In this document: piece after piece, positions 31,488-41,630 of the stretch
Layout: the number at the start of each line of letters is the position of its first letter
Numbering within the stretch: the first letter of the stretch is position 1
DNA from: Spirochaetia bacterium
GTDB lineage: Bacteria; Spirochaetota; Spirochaetia; SZUA-6; Bin103
Direction of reading: 5' to 3'
DNA: 64,000 nucleotides
NCBI GenBank assembly: GCA_965203515.1
Contig: OZ241907.1
Location: forward strand, 2,912,001-2,976,000
Program-made: the position numbers and the translations under genes
Notes under the pieces: generated by a model
The model's database searches: none
The model's input: only the letters and a program-made list of their open reading frames with translations
What the model was told of the DNA's origin: nothing

Positions 31488-31895
31488 ATGGAGACTGAAT
31501 TCGATCCCCTGGCGGTGGAAGACGCCGCCTCGACCTTTGCGGCGCTCGGTTCGGAGCAGCGACTGGCGGTCCTGAGCACCCTGGTGCGCGCCGGGCCGGC
31601 CGGCATCCCGAGCGGCACGCTGGGCGAACGCAGCGGGGTCACCGGCTCGACCCTGACCCACCACGTGCGCGTCCTGACCCAGGCCGGCCTGGTCCATCGC
31701 GTCAAGCGCGGCCGCTCGGTGATCTGCGCCGCGGCCGCCTATCCGAAGGTGCGGGCGCTTTCGGCCTACTTGCTGTCCGAATGCTGCACCGGCGATTCCG
31801 AGTGCTGCGCCGCTGATTCCGAATGCTGCTGCGCCTCTCAGTCCGAGTGCTGCGCCGGCGACGCGCTGCCCGCTACGCAAGCCGGCCATGCCTGA
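31488..31895 (+). CDS. ArsR/SmtB family regulator with a Cys-rich repeated tail
   Basis: FAALGSEQRLAVL...STLTHHVRVLTQAGLV; C-terminal ECC motif four times. Confidence 0.88.
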   Translation: METEFDPLAVEDAASTFAALGSEQRLAVLSTLVRAGPAGIPSGTLGERSGVTGSTLTHHVRVLTQAGLVHRVKRGRSVICAAAAYPKVRALSAYLLSECCTGDSECCAADSECCCASQSECCAGDALPATQAGHA

Positions 31896-33069
31896 ATCGA
31901 CCGCCGCGCTCGGCGGGACCGCTTCGTGCCGCGGAACCGCCGCGGGGGCGTGCTGCGGCGACCGGCCCGGCGCCGCGTCTGCGCCGGAGCAGGGGCCGTC
32001 GCAGCCGGTTCCCCTGCGCCGCCGGTGGCGGGCGGCAGGTCATTGCCTGCGGCGGCTCGACGGGGCATGGCTGGCGATCGGGCTGATCCCGGCCCTGCTC
32101 GCGCTGTTCGATCCCGGGCAGGCGCTGCCCGCCCTGCAGTTCGCCGGGGGAGCGATCCTGCGGACCGGCGTGCTCATCGTCTGCGCGGTGCTGGCGGTGG
32201 CCTGGCTGAAGGCGGCCGACGCCGACCGTCTGCTGAGCCGGGCGTTCGCCGGACCCGAGGTGCGGATGATCGCGCTGGGCGCGGTAGTGGGCGGGCTGGC
32301 GCCGTTCTGCTCCTGCGAGGTGATCCCATTCATCGCCGCGCTGCTGGCGGTCGGGGCGCCGTTGTCGGCGGTGATGGCGTTCTGGCTCGCGTCGCCGTTG
32401 ATGGATCCGGCGATGTTCCTGATTACCGCCGGCACCCTCGGCACCGGGTTCGCCGCCGCCAAGACGGTGGCGGCGGTGGCGCTCGGGCTGGCCGGCGGGC
32501 TGGTGGTGAAGGCGGGCGCCCGGAGCCCCGTGTTCGCCGCTCCGCTCCGGGCGCGGCCGGCCGCCGGCGCCTGCGCCGCCGCGTGCGGACCCGGCAGCGG
32601 GACCGGCGGCGGGTCCGATCCGCTGGCCGGCCGGCCGCAGTGGGCCTTCTGGCGCGAGCCGGCCCGCCGCCGGACGTTCCTCGCCACCGCGGCCGGGAAC
32701 GCGCTGTTCCTGGGGAAGTGGCTGCTGTTGGCCTACCTGGTGGAGGCACTGCTGCTGGAATACCTTCCCGCCGAGATGATCGCATCGGTCCTGGGCGGCG
32801 GCGGGCTGTGGCCGATCGTGCTGGGCGCGCTGGTCGGAGCGCCGGCCTATCTGAACGGGTACGCCACCGTGCCGCTGGTCGAGGCGCTGCTGGCGCAGGG
32901 CATGTCGAACGGGGCGGCCATGTCGTTCGTCATCGCCGGCGGCGCCAGTTGCATCCCGGCGGCGATCGCGGTCTGGGCGCTGGTCAAGCCGCGCGTCTTC
33001 GGCGCCTATCTGGGCATCGCGTTCGCCGGCTCCGTGGCCGCCGGCGTCGTCTGGAACGCGGTCGCCTGA
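31888..33069 (+). CDS. Predicted permease (ArsP/DUF318 family)
   Basis: PFCSCEVIP, FWLASPLMDP and GAPAYLNG; follows the ArsR gene. Confidence 0.85.
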   Translation: MPESTAALGGTASCRGTAAGACCGDRPGAASAPEQGPSQPVPLRRRWRAAGHCLRRLDGAWLAIGLIPALLALFDPGQALPALQFAGGAILRTGVLIVCAVLAVAWLKAADADRLLSRAFAGPEVRMIALGAVVGGLAPFCSCEVIPFIAALLAVGAPLSAVMAFWLASPLMDPAMFLITAGTLGTGFAAAKTVAAVALGLAGGLVVKAGARSPVFAAPLRARPAAGACAAACGPGSGTGGGSDPLAGRPQWAFWREPARRRTFLATAAGNALFLGKWLLLAYLVEALLLEYLPAEMIASVLGGGGLWPIVLGALVGAPAYLNGYATVPLVEALLAQGMSNGAAMSFVIAGGASCIPAAIAVWALVKPRVFGAYLGIAFAGSVAAGVVWNAVA

Positions 33070-33095
33070 GCGCGCCGCAGGTCTCTTGGCTTAGC

Positions 33096-34592
33096 ATGTC
33101 CGCCGGCGCGTCTCCTGCGCGGCTCCCGCCGCAGCTCCTGCGCGACCTGCGCCGCATGAATCCCTGGTGGGAGGGCGATCCGATGCCGCCGCAACCGCCA
33201 GCGCGCCGCCATCTGGTGACCTGGATACGCCGCCGCCTGGAGTCCGGCATCGCCCCGATCGTGGCGGTGCGCGGCCCGCGCCAAGTCGGGAAGACCACCG
33301 CCCAACTGCAGATCATCGCCGACCTGCTGGCCGAAGGGGTGCCTCCCGGCAACCTCCTGCGGGTCCAGTTCGACGAACTGGCGTCGCTGCGCGCGGTCGA
33401 GGAACCGATCCTGGCCATCGCTGACTGGTTCGAACGGAGCGTGGCCGAGGCCCGGTTCAACGAGCTGGCGCGCCGCGGCCGCACCGCCTATCTGTTCTTC
33501 GACGAAGTGCAGAACCTCGCCGGCTGGGACGCGCAGCTCAAGTCGCTGGTGGACAGCGCGGCGCTGAAGGTCGCCGTCACCGGGAGCTCGGCGCTGCGCA
33601 TCGAGCTGGGGCGCGACAGTCTAGCCGGGCGCGTCAGCACGGTCGAGGCCGGCGTGCTGTCCCTCACCGAGATCGCCGCGCTGCGCGCGCTGCCGGCGCC
33701 GCCGCCGCTGCTCCCGGACAACGGCCTGAGCCTGCTCACGGAGCAGGATTTCTGGCGGCGCCTGCGCGCCCACGGACTCATCCACGCGGCGGTCAGGGAC
33801 GAGGCGTTCCGCCACTTTTCGGAGCGGGGCGGCTATCCGATCGTCCATAAGCGGGCGGATACCGACTGGGCCGTGCTCGCCGACCAGTTGCAGGAAACGG
33901 TGATCCGCCGCGTCATTCAGCACGACCTGCGCCACGGCGCCCGCGGGCGGCGGCGCGACCCCGCGCTGCTGGAGGAGATCTTCCGGCTGGCCTGCCGCCA
34001 CGCCGGGCAGACGCCGGCGGCGGCCACCCTGGCCGAGGAAGCCCGGCTGACGCTGGCCGCCAACGTCGGCGTCCAGCGGGTGACCCACTACCTGCGATTC
34101 CTCGGCGACACCCTGCTGCTGCGCCTCATTCCGCCGCTGGAGATACGCCTCAAGCGCAAGCGGGGGAGCGCCAAGATATGCCTGGCCGATCACGGCTTGC
34201 GTGCCGCCTGGCTGCAGGAGCAGGTACCGCTGGCGCCCGATCGACTGGCGGCCGTTCCGGCGCTCACCACCCTTGCCGGCCACCTCGCCGAGAGCGTCTT
34301 CGGCTCGGTCGCGGCCACGATACCCGGCCTGGACATCGCCCACCTGCCCGCCCGGGGCGCGGACCGCGAGGTCGACTTCGTGTTGACCGCCGGCGCCCGG
34401 CGCGTGCCGGTGGAGATCAAGTATCAGCGCCGCATCGACCCCCTGCGCGACACCCTGGGCATCCGGTCGTTCGTCGAAAAGTCCGCCAACAACGCCGCCT
34501 TCGGCGTGCTGATCACCCAGGCCGACACCGCGCCCCTCGACGACCCGCGCATCGTCAACCTGCCCCTCTCCACCTTCATGCTCCTCCGATGA
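33096..34592 (+). CDS. AAA_14/DUF4143-type ATPase
   Basis: NPWW, GPRQVGKTT, FFDEVQ, TGSS, GGYP and EVDFV...VEIKY. ATG at 33096. Confidence 0.88.
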   Translation: MSAGASPARLPPQLLRDLRRMNPWWEGDPMPPQPPARRHLVTWIRRRLESGIAPIVAVRGPRQVGKTTAQLQIIADLLAEGVPPGNLLRVQFDELASLRAVEEPILAIADWFERSVAEARFNELARRGRTAYLFFDEVQNLAGWDAQLKSLVDSAALKVAVTGSSALRIELGRDSLAGRVSTVEAGVLSLTEIAALRALPAPPPLLPDNGLSLLTEQDFWRRLRAHGLIHAAVRDEAFRHFSERGGYPIVHKRADTDWAVLADQLQETVIRRVIQHDLRHGARGRRRDPALLEEIFRLACRHAGQTPAAATLAEEARLTLAANVGVQRVTHYLRFLGDTLLLRLIPPLEIRLKRKRGSAKICLADHGLRAAWLQEQVPLAPDRLAAVPALTTLAGHLAESVFGSVAATIPGLDIAHLPARGADREVDFVLTAGARRVPVEIKYQRRIDPLRDTLGIRSFVEKSANNAAFGVLITQADTAPLDDPRIVNLPLSTFMLLR

Positions 34593-35184
34593 ATCCTTCG
34601 AGACGAGGCTGCGATACCCCGTTCAGTTCATCGACGAACCATCTGAGTGTTACCGGCCAATCATCGTTCTCGTGCATTTGAGCGATCAGTTCGCACGCAA
34701 GACGCTTCGTTTTTCTTACGACGCGTCGCGGTGGATTACCGAACAGTGCACGCTTCAAGTCTCTCGTATCCTTACCTTCCCACTTTAGACCGGACTCGTT
34801 CTTGCGACCCCAGGATAGCCACGCCTCCATGGCCTGCCTTGGCGTCATCAGCACGATCTTCAGTTCGTCGCGTCGTTGCGCGCCCGTCAGGCTGGCAAGT
34901 GTCGTGTCGATCCGCGTTTTGATATCACACCATCTCTTGCTCTGATCTGCACGGATAAATCCATCCGGTAACGTATCGTCCATGTCGAAGTGCACGACCA
35001 GCAGGTCGTAGTGTCCGAAATACGCCGCTCGTACGAAATCGGGTACCAGCCGCAGTATGACAGACAGACCACGTGCCGACAGGCTCTTCGATTCAATTGT
35101 GTGTGTTCGACCCAAGTACTGCCTGATCAACCGCCCTGCAACTTCTTCGTCACTACGCCCCTCCGCGGCCAGAAGAATCCGCAT
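34576..35184 (-). CDS. TOPRIM-like (DUF4276-type) protein, partner of the ABC ATPase
   Basis: ILLAAEGRSDE, HFDMDD and MEAWL; low GC; starts 1 nt after the ATPase stop. Confidence 0.6.
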   Translation of the reverse strand: MRILLAAEGRSDEEVAGRLIRQYLGRTHTIESKSLSARGLSVILRLVPDFVRAAYFGHYDLLVVHFDMDDTLPDGFIRADQSKRWCDIKTRIDTTLASLTGAQRRDELKIVLMTPRQAMEAWLSWGRKNESGLKWEGKDTRDLKRALFGNPPRRVVRKTKRLACELIAQMHENDDWPVTLRWFVDELNGVSQPRLEGFIGGA

Positions 35185-35185
35185 G

Positions 35186-36316
35186 CTACGCGGTCAGATC
35201 ATCGAGCAGTCCGGACTCCCAGAGCTCGCCGGGCAAGGACTCCGGCGAATCGGTTCCCAGTCTTTCCTTGGCTACTTCGAGCAATGGTTTGACGACCGTC
35301 CATCCTCCCGGCGCCCTCGTAACCAGTCGGACCTCGCCGAGTCGATCATCGAGCTTGTTCAGAAACGAAGGACTATGCGTGGTGACGACGATCTGTATGC
35401 GGTCGCGCCCGTCGAGACCATCATAGGCCGCTTCGGTGAGAACCTCGATCACCTCCGCATACCGCGAATGGTTGAAGCCTCGATCTATCTCCTCGATGGC
35501 GATCGTCGCGCCGGGCCGGGTGGTGTACAGCACGCACAGCAGTCCGACCAATTGGCGATCGCCCCAGGAAAGATGCACCGCCGGGAACGAGTACTCCTGT
35601 CCCTTGTCGCGCAACCCCCAAAACACCTTCCCGCCCGACGCCCAAACGTCGATGCTCTCCGTTTCGACTCGAAACCGTCGAAAACATGTTTCCAACTGCG
35701 AGAAGCATTCCGGATCGGAGTCTTTCATGTTGGCCAGCACGCCGGCGACGCCGTATCCCTCCCTGGAAATATAGCTGTGCTCCGGATCGTTGGGCTGCTC
35801 GATATTCCTGGGGTTCAGTTCGTAGCTTATGGCTGACTTGAGTACCTGCGAAACATGTTCGATCTCCGGCTCGTCCGCATCCCTTCCCGGATTCAAGATG
35901 GTTCCGGACAGCGGCTGGTTATGGTGACCGAGACTGGCGACCGTGCTATTGTCAGCGAGATGCATCAGCCGTTCTTCGGTGACCAGCGGCTCGTGATCTC
36001 TTTCACTCAGGCCAAGGACGTAGCCGTAGCGGCTCTCGGTAGTGCCCTGAACCCCCCGAGGGGGTCCCATCTGAACCTCGAATCGGACTGCCGGGATCCA
36101 GCCTGTTCCCTTCGTGCGCTGCCAAACGAGCGACCAGGGCGGTGGCCCGAAAGCACGATCTACGCCACCCCGAGCGAAGTTGCCGAGCAGCTGCAGGCTG
36201 TCCAGGATCGTCGTCTTCCCAGCGCCGTTCCTGCCGATCATGATCGTCAGCGGATCGAATTCGATTTCCGTGTCCACGAGCGTCCGGAATCCGTGAACCT
36301 TGAGTCGTTCCAGCAT
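35186..36316 (-). CDS. ABC/AAA_21-type ATPase (AriA/AbiEii-like)
   Basis: [18 protein letters not shown] signature, IEEIDRGFN and TTHSP. Confidence 0.85.
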   Translation of the reverse strand: MLERLKVHGFRTLVDTEIEFDPLTIMIGRNGAGKTTILDSLQLLGNFARGGVDRAFGPPPWSLVWQRTKGTGWIPAVRFEVQMGPPRGVQGTTESRYGYVLGLSERDHEPLVTEERLMHLADNSTVASLGHHNQPLSGTILNPGRDADEPEIEHVSQVLKSAISYELNPRNIEQPNDPEHSYISREGYGVAGVLANMKDSDPECFSQLETCFRRFRVETESIDVWASGGKVFWGLRDKGQEYSFPAVHLSWGDRQLVGLLCVLYTTRPGATIAIEEIDRGFNHSRYAEVIEVLTEAAYDGLDGRDRIQIVVTTHSPSFLNKLDDRLGEVRLVTRAPGGWTVVKPLLEVAKERLGTDSPESLPGELWESGLLDDLTA

Positions 36317-36453
36317 GTTCGCCTCGGTCCGCCCGGCGGTGGGCTCAGTAGCCGAGCCGGCGCAGGTAGCACGGGATACTATCGAATTGCCGATTCGCCC
36401 CGCAAGCGCGCGCGAACTTCAGCCCGCTTCCCGCGCACTGGCAGCCGCCTCCC

Positions 36454-36501
36454 TTGACGGTCGCGGTCGCTTCCGGTCTGCTTGCGCTGGTCATGAAGCT
36501 G
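36454..36501 (+). promoter_or_regulatory. Reused promoter/start block, copy in front of the FAH gene
   Basis: TTGACGGTCGCGGTCGCTTCCGGTCTGCTTGCGCTGGTCATGAAGCTG. Confidence 0.6.
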
Positions 36502-37350
36502 TGGAGAACGCCGGCCGGCACGGTGGTGGAACGGGACGGGGAGCGGCTGCTGCTGCGCGATCACGACTGGGACGACCTGTTCCGTCAGGACGACTTGGCG
36601 GCCTATCTGGAACGGCGCCTCGCCGGGGCGGAAGCCGCGCCCGCAGCGGCCGGCGCGGCGCCGCTGGCGCCGGTGGTGGGACAGGAGATCTGGGCTGCCG
36701 GCGTCACCTACTACCGCAGCCGCGACGCGCGCATGGCCGAGTCGGAGCAGGCGGGCGGCGGCAGCTTCTACGACCGCGTCTACACCGCCGAGCGGCCCGA
36801 GCTGTTCCACAAGGGCAGCGCGCGCACCGCCGTCGCCCCCGGCGGCGCCGTGCGCATCCGCGCGGACTCGGCCTGGAACGTGCCGGAGCCGGAGCTGACC
36901 CTGGCGATCGACCGCGGCGGCCGCATCTTTGGCTACACGATCGGCAACGACATGAGCTCCCGCGACATCGAGGGCGAGAATCCGCTCTATCTGCCGCAGG
37001 CCAAGATCTACGACGGGAGCTGCGCCCTGGGGCCGGCGATCCTGATCCGCGCCGACGCCCCCGACCCGTCCACCCGCATCGACCTGGAGATCGCGCGCGG
37101 CGGCGCGCCCGCCTTCCGCGGCGCCACCACGCTGGCGGAACTGAAGCGCACGCCGCAGGAGCTGGCCGCCTTCCTGTACCGGCACAACACCTTCCCGGCC
37201 GGCTGCTTCCTGATGACCGGCACCGGCATCGTGCCGCCGGACGGCTTCACCCTGCAGGCCGGCGACCGCATCACCATCACCATCGAATCGATCGGCACCC
37301 TCAGCAACCCGGTGGGCGCCTTCGACACCGCCGGCGCCGCCGGCTCCTGA
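36493..37350 (+). CDS. Fumarylacetoacetate hydrolase family protein (2-keto-3-deoxypentonate dehydratase-like)
   Basis: [45 protein letters not shown] and LMTGTGIVP. Confidence 0.9.
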   Translation: MKLWRTPAGTVVERDGERLLLRDHDWDDLFRQDDLAAYLERRLAGAEAAPAAAGAAPLAPVVGQEIWAAGVTYYRSRDARMAESEQAGGGSFYDRVYTAERPELFHKGSARTAVAPGGAVRIRADSAWNVPEPELTLAIDRGGRIFGYTIGNDMSSRDIEGENPLYLPQAKIYDGSCALGPAILIRADAPDPSTRIDLEIARGGAPAFRGATTLAELKRTPQELAAFLYRHNTFPAGCFLMTGTGIVPPDGFTLQAGDRITITIESIGTLSNPVGAFDTAGAAGS

Positions 37351-37352
37351 CG

Positions 37353-39386
37353 GTGGCCGACGACCCCGGCGCGGGCACGCGCGCGGGCGCCGACCCGGAC
37401 GCCATACTGGGCTTTGCGTCGCCGCCGCTGCCGGCCACCGCCGGCGAGGGCGCGCCCGGCGCCATCCCGCTCACCGAGCGCATGCTGCGCGAGGAGCCGA
37501 GCGGCAACCTGTTCGCACTGACCCAGAACGTGGGCATGGGCTGGCAGCCGGCCGGCGCGGGCGGCCCGGCCTACCTGCTGCTGTCCACGCACGGCGGCCT
37601 GCGCGCCGAGGACGGATCGCCGGTCGCGCTGGGCTACCACACCGGTCACTGGGAGGTGCACCTGCTGGTGCGCGCCGCCGCCGAAGCGCTGGCGGCCGGC
37701 GGCTGCATCCCGTTCGCCGCGCACGTCACCGACCCCTGCGACGGGCGCACGCAGGGGACGCCGGGGATGATGGACAGCCTGCCGTACCGCAACGACGCCG
37801 CGATCGTGATGCGCCGCCTGGCGCGGTCGCTGCCGACCCGGCAGGGGGTGATCGGCGTCGCCTCCTGCGACAAGGGGTTGCCGGCGATGCTGCTGGCGCT
37901 GGCCGGCGAGCGGGCGCTGCCGGGGGTGGTGATCCCCGGCGGGGTGACCCTGCCGGCCCGCGGCGCCGAGGACCTGGGTACCGTGCAGACGATCGGCGCC
38001 CGCTTCGCGCACGGCCTGATCACGCTGGACGAGGCGGCCGCGGCCGGCTGCAAGGCGTGCGGATCGGCCGGCGGCGGCTGCCAGTTCCTGGGCACGGCGG
38101 CGACCGCGCAGGTGGTCGCCGAGGCGCTGGGGCTGGCGTTGCCGCACACCGCGCTGGCTCCGTCGGGCCAGCCGATCTGGCTCGACATGGGCCGCCGCGC
38201 GGCGGCGGCGGTGGTCGCCCAGCGCGCGAACGGGCGGTCGATGGCGGACATCCTGGACCGGCGCGCGATCGACAACGCGATGGTCGCGCACGCGGCGTTC
38301 GGCGGCTCCACCAACCTGCTGCTGCACGTTCCCGCCTTCGCCCACGCGGCCGGCCTGCCGGTTCCCTCGGCGGCCGACTGGAGCCGGGTCAACCGCGCCA
38401 CCCCGCGGCTGGTCGACGCGCTGCCCAACGGCCCCGCCAACCATCCCACCGTGCGGGTGTTCGTGGCCGGCGGCGTGCCGGAGGTGATGCTGCACCTGCG
38501 CCGCGCCGGCCTGATCGATCCCGCGGCGCTGACCGCAGCCGGGCTGACCTGGGGCGAGGCGCTCGACCGCTGGCAGGATTCGCCGCGGCGGCACGCGCTG
38601 CGCCGCCACTGCCGGGAGGCGGACGGCGTCGATCCCGACGAGGTGATCATGGACCCGGACACCGCCCGCCGTCGCGGGCTGACCAGCACCGTGGTCTTTC
38701 CGACCGGCTCGCTGGCGCCGGACGGCGCGGTCATCAAGGCGACGGCGATCGATCCCGGCGTGGTCGGCGCGGACGGCATCTACCGCCACCGCGGGCCGGT
38801 GCGCCTGTTCGGGAGCGAGGCGGCCGCGGTCGCCGCGATCAAGGGCGGCGGCGAGCGGCCGGTACGGGCCGGCGACGTGGTGGTGGTGGCCGGGATCGGG
38901 CCGGCCGGCACCGGCATGGAGGAGATCTATCAGGTCACCTCCGCCTTGAAGTTCATCCCCTGGGGCAAGCGGGTGGCGGTGCTGACCGACGGCCGCTTCT
39001 CCGGCGTCTCCACCGGGGCGTGCGTTGGCCACGTCGGGCCGGAGGCGCTGGCGGGCGGGCCGATCGGCCGGCTCCGGGACGGCGACACGGTGGAGATCGT
39101 GGTCGACCGCGGAGAGCTGACCGGCTCGGTAGAACTGGTCGCCACGGAGGCCGACGGCGAGCTCTCCCGACGGCAGGCCGAAGCGGTGCTGGCGGCGCGC
39201 CCGACCGCCCCCTGCATCGCGCCGCGAGCCGACCTGCCCGCCGACACGCGGCTGTGGGCGGCGCTGCAGGCGGCCAGCGGCGGCACCTGGGCCGGATGCG
39301 TCTACGACCCGGACGCGATCATCGCCGCCCTCCGCTCCGGCGGCGTCACCGCCAGCGCCTCGGCCGGAACCAGCTCGGCGGCGTAG
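37353..39386 (+). CDS. YjhG/YagF family D-xylonate dehydratase (IlvD/Edd superfamily)
   Basis: [41 protein letters not shown] and TDGRFSG. GTG at 37353. Confidence 0.9.
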   Translation: MADDPGAGTRAGADPDAILGFASPPLPATAGEGAPGAIPLTERMLREEPSGNLFALTQNVGMGWQPAGAGGPAYLLLSTHGGLRAEDGSPVALGYHTGHWEVHLLVRAAAEALAAGGCIPFAAHVTDPCDGRTQGTPGMMDSLPYRNDAAIVMRRLARSLPTRQGVIGVASCDKGLPAMLLALAGERALPGVVIPGGVTLPARGAEDLGTVQTIGARFAHGLITLDEAAAAGCKACGSAGGGCQFLGTAATAQVVAEALGLALPHTALAPSGQPIWLDMGRRAAAAVVAQRANGRSMADILDRRAIDNAMVAHAAFGGSTNLLLHVPAFAHAAGLPVPSAADWSRVNRATPRLVDALPNGPANHPTVRVFVAGGVPEVMLHLRRAGLIDPAALTAAGLTWGEALDRWQDSPRRHALRRHCREADGVDPDEVIMDPDTARRRGLTSTVVFPTGSLAPDGAVIKATAIDPGVVGADGIYRHRGPVRLFGSEAAAVAAIKGGGERPVRAGDVVVVAGIGPAGTGMEEIYQVTSALKFIPWGKRVAVLTDGRFSGVSTGACVGHVGPEALAGGPIGRLRDGDTVEIVVDRGELTGSVELVATEADGELSRRQAEAVLAARPTAPCIAPRADLPADTRLWAALQAASGGTWAGCVYDPDAIIAALRSGGVTASASAGTSSAA

Positions 39387-40360
39387 CTGAAGATCGCCGG
39401 CGTGCCGCCCGAGTGCAGGAACACGACCGTCTCGTCGGCGCCGACTGCGCCGTCATCGATACGGTCGATCAGGCCGGCCAGGGCCACGCCGGTGTAGTTG
39501 GGATCGACCATGAGCCCGTCGGCGCGCGCCGCCAGCCGCACCGCCTCCAGGACCGCCGGCGCCGGTCCGCCGGGACCCGCGTAGCGGTCGACGACGTCGA
39601 AGTCCGCCGGCGCATAGGTGCGCGGCAGGTCGAGCCGCCGCCGCACCGCGTCGGCATGACGGAAGACGTAATCGGGCAGCGGCGGCGCCGAGGCCACGCG
39701 GACGCCGGTGAAGCGCCAGTCCAGACCCAGGTTGAGCGACGCCAGCGCCAGACCGCAGAGGCTGCGGCCGGCGACCCCCGCCACCCGCACCGGACCGGCC
39801 ACGCCGGCGGCGCGGAGCTGATCGGCCAGCTCCAGGCCGGCGCCGACGAAGCCGATCAGGCCGGCGAGCTTGGGAAACGGCTCGTCGTTCATCACGTACG
39901 GCGCGGCTCCGGCGCGGCGCAACCGCTCGGCCACGCCGCGCGCCAGCTCCAAATCGCGCCGCGACTCCTCGTCGTTGAGCAGGTGGACGGCCGCTCCCAG
40001 CAGGTGATCGATCAGGCAGTTGCCCTGCACCGGCCGGCCGGCCGCGTGGCGCAGCAGGACGTGGTAGCGAAAGCCGGCGCGCACGCAGGCGGCGGCCGCC
40101 AGCCGGGCGTTGTTGGAATGGTACCCCATCACGTTGATCACGGTGTCGGCGCCGACGCGCCGCACCTCCGCCATGAGCAGCTCCATGTGGCGCACCTTGT
40201 TGCCGCCGAACGCCAGGCCGGACAGGTCCTCGCGCTTGATCAGCACCGGGCGGCCCAGCCGCCGGCTCAGCCCCGGCGCCGACTGCAGAGGAGTCGGGTA
40301 GGCGCCGAGCGGCAGCCGCGGGAAGCGGTCCAGACGCGCGCGCAACTCGTTAGCAGTCAC
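39302..40360 (-). CDS. D-cysteine desulfhydrase/ACC deaminase family PLP enzyme
   Basis: [28 protein letters not shown] and FLHSGG. Confidence 0.85.
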   Translation of the reverse strand: MTANELRARLDRFPRLPLGAYPTPLQSAPGLSRRLGRPVLIKREDLSGLAFGGNKVRHMELLMAEVRRVGADTVINVMGYHSNNARLAAAACVRAGFRYHVLLRHAAGRPVQGNCLIDHLLGAAVHLLNDEESRRDLELARGVAERLRRAGAAPYVMNDEPFPKLAGLIGFVGAGLELADQLRAAGVAGPVRVAGVAGRSLCGLALASLNLGLDWRFTGVRVASAPPLPDYVFRHADAVRRRLDLPRTYAPADFDVVDRYAGPGGPAPAVLEAVRLAARADGLMVDPNYTGVALAGLIDRIDDGAVGADETVVFLHSGGTPAIFSYAAELVPAEALAVTPPERRAAMIASGS

Positions 40361-40459
40361 GGCGCACGATGATAGAGCGAGCCGCGCTCAGCGGGAACCG
40401 CCCTGCGCCGCGCGGGCGCGGCCGGCCGCTCGCCCTTCCGCATCGGCCGATCAACCGGC

Positions 40460-41560
40460 ATGATCCGGTCCATGACGCATCCCGACGGCAGCGGCGCCGC
40501 TGCGCATCCGGCCGACGCTACGCTTGCGGCCAACAAGGACGAACCGCTCGCCTACCTGAACGGGGAGTTCATCCCGGCCGGCGAGTGCAAGCTGCCGATC
40601 TACGACCTGGGCATCGTCCTGGGCGCGGCGGTCACCGACTTCCTGCGCACCTTCGGCGGCCAGCCGTACCGGCTGGCCGATCACGTGCGGCGCCTGTACC
40701 GCTCCTGCCGGTACGCGCACATCGATCCGCCGATCGACGCGGAGGAATCGATGGAGGTCTCGCGGCGGCTCATCGCGCACAACCGCGCGGCCGCCGGCGG
40801 CGCGGAGCTGGGGCTGATCTACTACGTCACCGCCGGGCAGAACCCGGTGTACGCCGGCGCCGCCGGATCGCAGGGGCCGCGGCGGGCCACCTACGTGCAG
40901 CACACCTTCCCGATGCCGTTCCACCTCTGGAAGCCGCTGTTCACGCGCGGCGCGCACTGCGTGACGCCGTCGAACCGCCACTGGCCGCCCGAGTGCCTGT
41001 CGTCGAAGATCAAGAACCGCAACCGGCTGCACATGTGGATCGGCGACCATCAGGCCCACCAGATCGACCCCGACGCGATCGCCGTGTACCTCGACATCCA
41101 CGGCAACATCACCGAGACCGGCGGCTCCAACTTCGTCATCTACCGCGACGGCCAGGTGGTGGCTCCCCGCCGGCGCAACGTGCTGTGGGGGATCAGCCTG
41201 ACGGTGCTCACCGAGCTGCTGCCCGACCTGGGCATCGGCTTCGTGGAGGACGACCTGCAGACCTGGGACGCGGTCAACGCGGAGGAGGCGTGGCTGCCGA
41301 CGACGCCCTATTGCCTGGCTCCGGTGGTGCGCTTCAACGGCGTCCCGATCGGCGACGGCGCGCCGGGGCCGGTGTGGCGGCGCGTGCTGGACCGCTGGAG
41401 CGAGGTGGCCGGCACCGACATCTACGGCGAGATCGCCGGCAGCTCCGCGTGCATGGTGCCGATGCCATCCCTTGGACGATCAGCGCCGCCGCCAGTGGAG
41501 AGACCGGGCGGCTGCGGCTGGTGTTCGACGCGACCGATGACGCCGACGAGCAGGCTGTGA
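40460..41560 (+). CDS. Class IV aminotransferase (BCAT/ADC lyase family); 3' end may be foreign
   Basis: AYLNGEF, LRTFGG, HVRRL, KIKNRNR, ITETGGSN and VLWGIS. Confidence 0.85.
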   Translation: MIRSMTHPDGSGAAAHPADATLAANKDEPLAYLNGEFIPAGECKLPIYDLGIVLGAAVTDFLRTFGGQPYRLADHVRRLYRSCRYAHIDPPIDAEESMEVSRRLIAHNRAAAGGAELGLIYYVTAGQNPVYAGAAGSQGPRRATYVQHTFPMPFHLWKPLFTRGAHCVTPSNRHWPPECLSSKIKNRNRLHMWIGDHQAHQIDPDAIAVYLDIHGNITETGGSNFVIYRDGQVVAPRRRNVLWGISLTVLTELLPDLGIGFVEDDLQTWDAVNAEEAWLPTTPYCLAPVVRFNGVPIGDGAPGPVWRRVLDRWSEVAGTDIYGEIAGSSACMVPMPSLGRSAPPPVERPGGCGWCSTRPMTPTSRL

Positions 41561-41630
41561 CGTTCTCGGTGCCGACCAGCACGGCGGACGAGGCCGAGGC
41601 CAACCGCCGCGCCGACAAGGAGGGCGCGCT

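Noticed and set aside
37346..37358. TCCTGACGGTGGC at the FAH stop as a third copy of the border motif
   Set aside because: Only 13 bp match, and it is explained by the stop and start codons of adjacent genes.
31926..39386. Apparent 888-aa and 1028-aa fusion proteins
   Set aside because: The N-terminal extensions are off-frame read-through of upstream genes; the real starts are 33096 and 37353.
39302..39386. 85-bp convergent overlap of the dehydratase and desulfhydrase genes
   Set aside because: Only low-complexity tails overlap, which is common in high-GC genomes.
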